Translations under genes and position numbers: made by a program
Source: a virus
Taxonomy: Duplodnaviria > Caudoviricetes
Length of the DNA stretch: 32,263 nt
Strand: one strand, 5' to 3'
Virus record (IMG/VR): IMGVR_UViG_3300039918_000009
Span: 1 to 32,263 of that record
The notes under the pieces: model-generated
Told to the model about the DNA's origin: nothing
Seen by the model: only the letters and a program-made list of their open reading frames with translations
Database searches by the model: none
Shown here: in pieces, positions 27,338 to 32,263 of the stretch
How the letters are laid out: every line of letters starts with the position of its first letter
Numbering within the stretch: the stretch's first letter is position 1

Positions 27338-27496
27338 TCAGGCGACGCGGCGGATGGTGGTGTGGTCGGTCCACGGGTTGCGCACTTCCTCGTAGACCTT
27401 GGCCGATTCCTTGACGCCGTAGTGCGGGCGGCCGCCCTTGTTGCGCCGGGCGCGCTTGGTCATCCAGTTGCCGTAGATCGTTCTGAGTCGCTGCAT
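27338..27496 (-). CDS. Hypothetical basic protein, 52 aa (not in the ORF track)
   Basis: MQRLRTIYGNWMTKRARRNKGGRPHYGVKESAKVYEEVRNPWTDHTTIRRVA; starts 1 nt after the RuvC-like stop; AGGAG upstream. Confidence 0.5.
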   Translation of the reverse strand: MQRLRTIYGNWMTKRARRNKGGRPHYGVKESAKVYEEVRNPWTDHTTIRRVA

Positions 27497-27497
27497 G

Positions 27498-28097
27498 TCA
27501 TTGCTCCTGTTTCACTGCGAGGGAAAGGATCGCCAGCGCGTCGGCCGTATCGTCTTCGTCGGTGCCCACGCGGAAGCCCTTGGCCTTGGCCGCAGCGATC
27601 ATCTCGGGCTTCTTCGCGTTGCCCTTTCCGGTCCACGCCTTCTTTACGGTGCCGACGCCGACGCCGACCATGCGCACGTTGTGCTGGTGGCAAACCATCT
27701 GCGCCATGGCGAGGAAGCCGCCGTAGACGTGGGCAGCGATCACCTGGCCGGGACCGTGGGCCTTCACGTCTTCGAAGTACAGAACTTCGATGCCGTGGCG
27801 CTTGATCTTCGACGACAACCAGGCGCGGAACTCGGCCCACTTCGCGCCACCAGTCAGCCGGTGGAAGCTCTCGGTGCCGTAGTCCATGCCGCCATCGCGC
27901 TTCGCCACAGCCCAGCCGCAATGCGTGCCGAGGTCGAGCGCCAGCACGTTGACCGCCGGCAAATGCGTGCGCGCGCGCGGGATGTGTGCGGGAGGCTGCG
28001 GCTCGCACAGCCCGCAGGAATAGCCGGTTGGATGCACACAGAGCAAAGTCATGCGTGGACCGCCAGCCTTGGTGATCGTCTCGAACAGGTCAGTCAT
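27498..28097 (-). CDS. RuvC-like Holliday junction resolvase
   Basis: VLALDLGTHCGWA, YFEDV, TVKKAWTGKGNAKK, DDTADALAIL catalytic motifs. Confidence 0.85.
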   Translation of the reverse strand: MTDLFETITKAGGPRMTLLCVHPTGYSCGLCEPQPPAHIPRARTHLPAVNVLALDLGTHCGWAVAKRDGGMDYGTESFHRLTGGAKWAEFRAWLSSKIKRHGIEVLYFEDVKAHGPGQVIAAHVYGGFLAMAQMVCHQHNVRMVGVGVGTVKKAWTGKGNAKKPEMIAAAKAKGFRVGTDEDDTADALAILSLAVKQEQ

Positions 28098-28321
28098 GCT
28101 CGACCTCCCATCGAGGTGTCGGCAACGGCTTCGGTGTACCGAGCGAGCGCAATCCGTGGATCGCCAACCAGGGTATGCATGCGACCGCTGAGGATTGCCC
28201 GGGTAAGCCAGATTCCGTCGTCGTTCACGTCGAAGTCGACGAGCTGGATGTTGCGGAATTCGGGGCCGAAGAGCATGTCCTTATCGTCGGCGGTCAGGGT
28301 TTCGAGGGAAAGCGCGCTCAT
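28094..28321 (-). CDS. Hypothetical protein, 75 aa
   Basis: Overlapping start/stop coupling on both sides. Confidence 0.55.
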   Translation of the reverse strand: MSALSLETLTADDKDMLFGPEFRNIQLVDFDVNDDGIWLTRAILSGRMHTLVGDPRIALARYTEAVADTSMGGRA

Positions 28322-28842
28322 TGGCTAAATTCCGGCAGCAGCGACGCGGCAGTCTGCGGGCCTGTGGCCGCGGCGCGCGTCTCGGGTTGTTGGGCCTGCG
28401 GAATGCCGTTCACGCATTCGCGGAAGATCGCGGAGCGCAGGCGTATGACCCACAGCGGAAGGTGTTCGACCTCATCGACGACGGTCGTGCGATCGACCAT
28501 CTCGCCGGTGTGCCGGTCCTTGTACGGATGGGCCAGCGTGACCGTCATCGGCGCCAGGTCGGGACGGCCGATCTTGCCCATGTACACCGTAGCGGCATGC
28601 GCCCAGCCCTTGAACGGATCGGTGTGCATGGCGCGGTGACAGGCGCGGATCAGCTTGATGCGCTGGTTCAGCCGCGCTGTGACCTCCTGCCACTGCGTCA
28701 AGTCGGCAAAGGCGTGGCAGTCGCACACCCATTCGTTGCCGGTCTTGATGCCGGCCCACATCGGGCAGCCCCATGCGGAGCACTGGCCGGGCTTGTGTGC
28801 CGGGCGATCCGGTGCGTTCGGTGGTGTGCGGTCGAGCGTCAT
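28318..28842 (-). CDS. Hypothetical replication-region protein with Cys/His cluster, 174 aa
   Basis: CSAWGC...WVCDCH putative Zn site; coupled to the initiator gene. Confidence 0.65.
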   Translation of the reverse strand: MTLDRTPPNAPDRPAHKPGQCSAWGCPMWAGIKTGNEWVCDCHAFADLTQWQEVTARLNQRIKLIRACHRAMHTDPFKGWAHAATVYMGKIGRPDLAPMTVTLAHPYKDRHTGEMVDRTTVVDEVEHLPLWVIRLRSAIFRECVNGIPQAQQPETRAAATGPQTAASLLPEFSQ

Positions 28843-29693
28843 GCTGCTACCCTCCCTTGGGCTTCAATGGCCTGCTGAATGCGGGCCTTGAACGCGTTCG
28901 GCTCTTCGCCGCGGTATGCATCGGAGATGCCCAGTTCGCGGGCTTTCGCCGACATCGATTCGTTCGTCAGCCACCAAGCATCGCGCTTCTTCTGCCGCAT
29001 CTCGGGCGGGTTCAGTACCTCGGCGAGGATGGGCTGGAGGTAGTTCGGACTGATCGGCTGAGGGGCAGGCTTGCGTTCCCGGGCGATCTCGACGGCGGCG
29101 CGCAGTTGCTCGTCGCTGGCCCCGGTGTTGGCGAATGCCATCGCCATCGGATGGGCACCGGTCATGGGCGATACACCAAGGGACCTGAGAAGCACCGAGA
29201 CGGCTACGTGTCGATCGACATCGCCTTCAGCGGCGCGCACCCCACCCCCTTGGTTATGCCTATGCGCTTCTTCCTTTTCCCTTCCATTCCCTTCCATTCC
29301 TTTCCCTTCCTCTTCCCTTCCCTTCCCTTCCGTCAGTGAGTCGTCAGTGAGTGGTGCTGGAGAAGTGGCTGAATCAGGGGTCGGAAGACCGGTTTTCGAG
29401 GGTCGATTGATGACCTGGTGCTTCCGGAAACCGTTGATATGCAAGAACTTCTCGCCATTCACTTCGTACTCACTGAACAATCCGTGAGCGATCAATGAGC
29501 AAACGATTGGCTCGCAGTCGATTGCGTCGGCAGGAAAGATCTGCATCTTCAATTTCTTGGCCGAACGCTGGAGGTTCCCGTTGTCATCAGCCATGTTCCA
29601 TGAGCCGATGAAGAACAGCCGGGCCGCAAAATCGAGCTCGACGATCTTCTCGTCGGTCCAGAAATCGGGCTTGATAGTTCGAATGCGTGCCAT
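28839..29693 (-). CDS. Phage replication initiator (O-like), 284 aa
   Basis: MARIRTIKPDFWTDEK...ARLFFIGSWNMADDNG...FRKHQVINRPS N-terminus; EGKG linker; located after cII. Confidence 0.82.
   Translation of the reverse strand: MARIRTIKPDFWTDEKIVELDFAARLFFIGSWNMADDNGNLQRSAKKLKMQIFPADAIDCEPIVCSLIAHGLFSEYEVNGEKFLHINGFRKHQVINRPSKTGLPTPDSATSPAPLTDDSLTEGKGREEEGKGMEGNGREKEEAHRHNQGGGVRAAEGDVDRHVAVSVLLRSLGVSPMTGAHPMAMAFANTGASDEQLRAAVEIARERKPAPQPISPNYLQPILAEVLNPPEMRQKKRDAWWLTNESMSAKARELGISDAYRGEEPNAFKARIQQAIEAQGRVAA
29269..29352. repeat. Polypyrimidine (CTTCC)n tract plus tandem 11-bp repeat CGTCAGTGAGT x2; candidate replication origin
   Basis: Nearly pure C/T at 29269-29331; repeat copies at 29331-29341 and 29342-29352; inside the initiator linker, as in lambdoid origins. 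Confidence 0.5.
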
Positions 29694-29706
29694 AGCGGCT
29701 GGACTC

Positions 29707-30018
29707 CTACTGCCCAGGCAACTGCAGATCGGCCTCCAAATAGCGCAGGGCCATCCGTTTGAGCGATCTCAAATCCTCGGAGTCCACCACCATCGAGCCA
29801 ATGGGCGCGACTTGCAGACCCAGCGCGGCGAGCATCTGGGCCCACCGTGGCAAGTCTTCGAGCGTGCGGCTGATCGTGCTGGCGGAGACCCCCAAGCAAG
29901 TGGCTGCATGGGCTTGGGTCATGCGTGCAACAGCGCGCAAAACCTCGGCCTCATTGCGTGCACCCAACTTGCGTGCGCTTTCGATCTCGTCGGGCGAGAC
30001 TTCTTCTGCGGCGTTCAT
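29707..30018 (-). CDS. CII-like transcriptional activator
   Basis: ARNEAEVLRAV...TQAHAATCLGVSASTISR...LAALGLQV; downstream of cro. Confidence 0.8.
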   Translation of the reverse strand: MNAAEEVSPDEIESARKLGARNEAEVLRAVARMTQAHAATCLGVSASTISRTLEDLPRWAQMLAALGLQVAPIGSMVVDSEDLRSLKRMALRYLEADLQLPGQ

Positions 30019-30032
30019 GAATTGGCTCCGTG

Positions 30033-30254
30033 TCAGGCGATAGCCGGCTCAGCAGCCGGCGTCTGGCGAACGGTTTTCCGGCGTTGCGGCTTCGGCTTGA
30101 GCTTCAGCAGCTTCTCGACGGTGCTGTAACGGGGGTCGGCTCCGCTGAGGATTCGGCTCACCGTGGCTTGCGTGACGCCGGTCTTTTCCTCGATTTCGAC
30201 CTGGGTGAACCCCGAGTCGATGAGCTTTTGGACATGCGATTGGATGGGCTGCAT
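30033..30254 (-). CDS. Cro-like HTH repressor, 73 aa
   Basis: GFTQVEIEEKTGVTQATVSRILSGADPRYSTVEKL; divergent from cI; GGAG RBS. Confidence 0.85.
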   Translation of the reverse strand: MQPIQSHVQKLIDSGFTQVEIEEKTGVTQATVSRILSGADPRYSTVEKLLKLKPKPQRRKTVRQTPAAEPAIA

Positions 30255-30280
30255 CGTGTGCTCCAATGTTCTTCAGCCCC

Positions 30281-30308
30281 ATTCTATACGGTTTCGTATG
30301 ATCGTCAA
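30281..30308 (-). promoter_or_regulatory. PR-like promoter with operator ATACG-N4-CGTAT (30286-30299)
   Basis: Minus strand TTGACG-16-TAGAAT; the operator sits in the spacer; a degenerate second operator ATACAGAATCAGAT is at 30308-30321. Confidence 0.75.
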
Positions 30309-30327
30309 TACAGAATCAGATTATTCG

Positions 30328-30356
30328 TTGCGTGGCGACATGCAACAACGCATATT
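30328..30356 (+). promoter_or_regulatory. PRM-like promoter for a leaderless cI
   Basis: TTGCGT-17-CATATT, with ATG 30364 seven nt after the -10. Confidence 0.55.
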
Positions 30357-30363
30357 GCCGGGC

Positions 30364-31107
30364 ATGTCGAAGGCCGAACAATCCTTGGTAGCCGCCAATC
30401 TGGACTGGCTCATGCAGCGGAAAGGGACCAATGCGAACGCGTTGGCCGGGGAATTGAGCCGCCTGGGTGCGCCTCTTCCGCAACCCACCATTTTCCGGAT
30501 CCTGACGGGAGAGACGAAAGACCCCCGCACATCCAGCCTGCAACCGCTGGCCGACTACTTCGGCGTGACCGTGGCGGCCTTGCGCGACCACGATTTCAAG
30601 ACCCACGGAATGCCTGGGTCTCCCGGCACCACTTTGAAGCAATCGCCTAAAATCCGCACCCTGGTCTCGGTTGAGGAGGCCAACGAGCCGATAGGGGAGA
30701 TCCCCTATTGGGATGCCAAAGGCTCATGCGGAGGGGGTGCGATGAACTGGGAAGAGATCCCGAAAGGGACGTTGGTCAAAGAGGCCAGCTTCTTCAAGCG
30801 GTACGATTTGAAGCCGGGGAACGCTATCGCAATCTATGCTGACGGGAACAGCATGGCGGATTTCATAGTAGACGGGGACATTGTGATCTTTGATAGGTCC
30901 AAGATCGAACCCCGCAGCGGCAAGATTTTCCTGATCGATCACCCGGATGGCCTGCGGATCAAGCAGCTTCGCCGGCAGATCGACGGCTCCTGGGTGTTGG
31001 AATCACGCAACCCCGACAAACGACAGTTCCCCGACGAGGTGATTGCTCCGTCTCATACGGAATACCTCAAGATAGCTGGGGAGTTCGTCTACAGGCAAGG
31101 CGGGTAG
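30364..31107 (+). CDS. CI-like repressor (HTH + S24 autopeptidase); alternative start 30340
   Basis: HTH LPQPTIFRILTGETKDPRTSSLQPLADYFGV; cleavage site SCGGG; GNSM catalytic Ser and IKQL Lys. Confidence 0.92.
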   Translation: MSKAEQSLVAANLDWLMQRKGTNANALAGELSRLGAPLPQPTIFRILTGETKDPRTSSLQPLADYFGVTVAALRDHDFKTHGMPGSPGTTLKQSPKIRTLVSVEEANEPIGEIPYWDAKGSCGGGAMNWEEIPKGTLVKEASFFKRYDLKPGNAIAIYADGNSMADFIVDGDIVIFDRSKIEPRSGKIFLIDHPDGLRIKQLRRQIDGSWVLESRNPDKRQFPDEVIAPSHTEYLKIAGEFVYRQGG

Positions 31108-31133
31108 CGACCCGCCCTGCTCTGCCGCCACCG

Positions 31134-31158
31134 GCCCGCCACGCGCGGGCTTCATTTT
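31134..31158 (+). terminator. Terminator after cI
   Basis: GCCCGC-cacgc-GCGGGC followed by TTCATTTT. Confidence 0.7.
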
Positions 31159-31168
31159 GCTTGCAATC

Positions 31169-31230
31169 ATACGAAATCGTATTGACATCCTCATGCGGTA
31201 TCGTATAATCGGCTTCATACAGTTTCGTAT
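31169..31230 (+). promoter_or_regulatory. PL-like consensus promoter with three operators
   Basis: TTGACA (31182-31187), 16 bp spacer, TATAAT (31204-31209); operators ATACGAAATCGTAT (31169), ATGCGGTATCGTAT (31193), ATACAGTTTCGTAT (31217) at a 24-bp period. Confidence 0.85.
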
Positions 31231-31251
31231 GACTCTCGTTTGGAGCAAGCG

Positions 31252-31593
31252 ATGCCCGCCACCAAATCCCCGCAGAACTTCACCGGCGCCGAGCGCCTGA
31301 TTGCGATGGTCGTCTCGAAGGACGGCTTGAACTTCGCGAACGACAACGACATCGAGGCCGGCGCGTACCTGTCGGCCGTCGCTGACTTCGTGCTGCGCAA
31401 CAAGCTGGACGACGCGGCGTTGGCCTCGCTGGGCCGTCAGGTGTTCCAGCAATACCTGTCCGACGTCGCGCACCTGGTTGCCGAGACCGACCGTGAGATG
31501 GCTGAGGCCGTGGAGCGCTGCGAAGCCGAGTTCCGCGCGCGCGTAGCCCGCACACCGAATCACCTGCTGTCGCGCAATGGAGGCGTCCTGTGA
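31252..31593 (+). CDS. Hypothetical early protein, 113 aa
   Basis: First gene after PL; GGAG RBS; helical. Confidence 0.7.
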   Translation: MPATKSPQNFTGAERLIAMVVSKDGLNFANDNDIEAGAYLSAVADFVLRNKLDDAALASLGRQVFQQYLSDVAHLVAETDREMAEAVERCEAEFRARVARTPNHLLSRNGGVL

Positions 31594-31781
31594 CCGCGAT
31601 AGAAGCCATCGAGCGCCAAAGCAAGCACGAAAACCTGATCTCGGAATTGACCACGCTGCTGATGCGCGCAAACGCCGGTCTGTGGGTAGCGGAGCTGGGC
31701 ACGACCAAATGCAACTTCAAGGATCTGCGCGCAGAGATCAGCGCAGCGATCACCAAGGCTGACAAAGAGGCGATGCAGTGA
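31590..31781 (+). CDS. Hypothetical early protein, 63 aa
   Basis: GTGA overlap; GGAGG RBS. Confidence 0.6.
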   Translation: MTAIEAIERQSKHENLISELTTLLMRANAGLWVAELGTTKCNFKDLRAEISAAITKADKEAMQ

Positions 31782-31807
31782 CCAACCAAAAACACGAGGG
31801 GAAGCAA

Positions 31808-32263
31808 ATGCAAGAGAAAGAAAAGCAGGAAGTCGTCATCGCGTACAAGGCATTCAACAAGGACCTGACCTGCCGCGCTTTTCAGTTCGAAATCGGCAAG
31901 ACCTATGAGCATGATGGAAAGGTCGTGGCCTGCGAATCCGGTTTCCATGCCTGCGAAAACCCGATGGATACCTGGGGCTACTACGACCTCACGCAATCTC
32001 GCTTCTGCACTGTCGAGCTTTCCGGCGAACTGTGCCGTCATGGTGAAGATTCGAAGGTCGCCGCCGGCCGCATCACGCTGAAGGCTGAAATCGGGCTGCC
32101 GCAGATCATCACCGATGCGGTGAAGTGGATGCTGGCGTTCGTGAAGGACATGCCGACCGCCGAAAATGCCTCGGGCTACTACTCGAATCTGGCTGCCTCG
32201 GGCTACTACTCGAATCTGGCTGCCTCGGGCGACTCCTCGAATCTGGCTGCCTCGGGCAACTCC
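31808..32263 (+). CDS. Phage protein with conserved N-domain (AYKAF..DLTCR.FQFEIGKTY...C.SGFHACENP; DUF7666-like as recalled) and 9-aa tandem repeats; truncated by the window
   Basis: GAGGGG RBS; open frame to the end of the window; repeats ASGYYSNLA. Confidence 0.8.
   Translation, partial: MQEKEKQEVVIAYKAFNKDLTCRAFQFEIGKTYEHDGKVVACESGFHACENPMDTWGYYDLTQSRFCTVELSGELCRHGEDSKVAAGRITLKAEIGLPQIITDAVKWMLAFVKDMPTAENASGYYSNLAASGYYSNLAASGDSSNLAASGNS
32167..32263 (+). repeat. 27-bp coding tandem repeat, at least 3.6 copies
   Basis: Units TGCCTCGGGC(TACTAC/TACTAC/GACTCC/AACTCC)TCGAATCTGGC at 32167, 32194, 32221 and 32248 (partial). Confidence 0.95.

Noticed and set aside
32167-32263. CRISPR array
   Set aside because: Head-to-tail in-frame coding repeats with no spacers and no cas genes.

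Overview
Almost the whole window (612 to the right edge) is an apparently intact temperate podovirus-type prophage of the epsilon15/BPP-1-like lineage, integrated at the 3' half of a tRNA-Pro(GGG). The 46-bp att duplication is at 612-657 and the host tRNA terminator at 577-606. Sequence style suggests a Burkholderiales host, but that is inference. From right to left the window holds: an early rightward operon ending in a repeat protein cut by the window edge; a cI/cro/cII switch with clear promoters and ATACG-N4-CGTAT operators; a replication initiator; a RuvC-like resolvase; a cluster of small ORFs including a clear Acb2 (anti-CBASS) homologue; terminase, portal, scaffold, capsid, cement and tail tubular genes; ejection proteins (one with a lytic transglycosylase domain); a beta-helix tailspike; a signal-peptide-bearing Thr/Gly-rich protein; and a lysis cassette. 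The most unusual element lies between att and lysis on the opposite strand: a translationally coupled two-gene cassette encoding a Wzz-like polysaccharide co-polymerase and a Wzy-like O-antigen polymerase. It is a candidate phage serotype-conversion or receptor-remodelling system that brings its own chain-length regulator. Other notable items are an antisense 3-TM moron inside the virion operon and an exact 17-bp palindromic motif repeated before the head operon and before the tailspike (candidate activator-dependent late promoters). No integrase is present; it probably lies beyond the right edge. All family calls come from motif recognition, not database searches.
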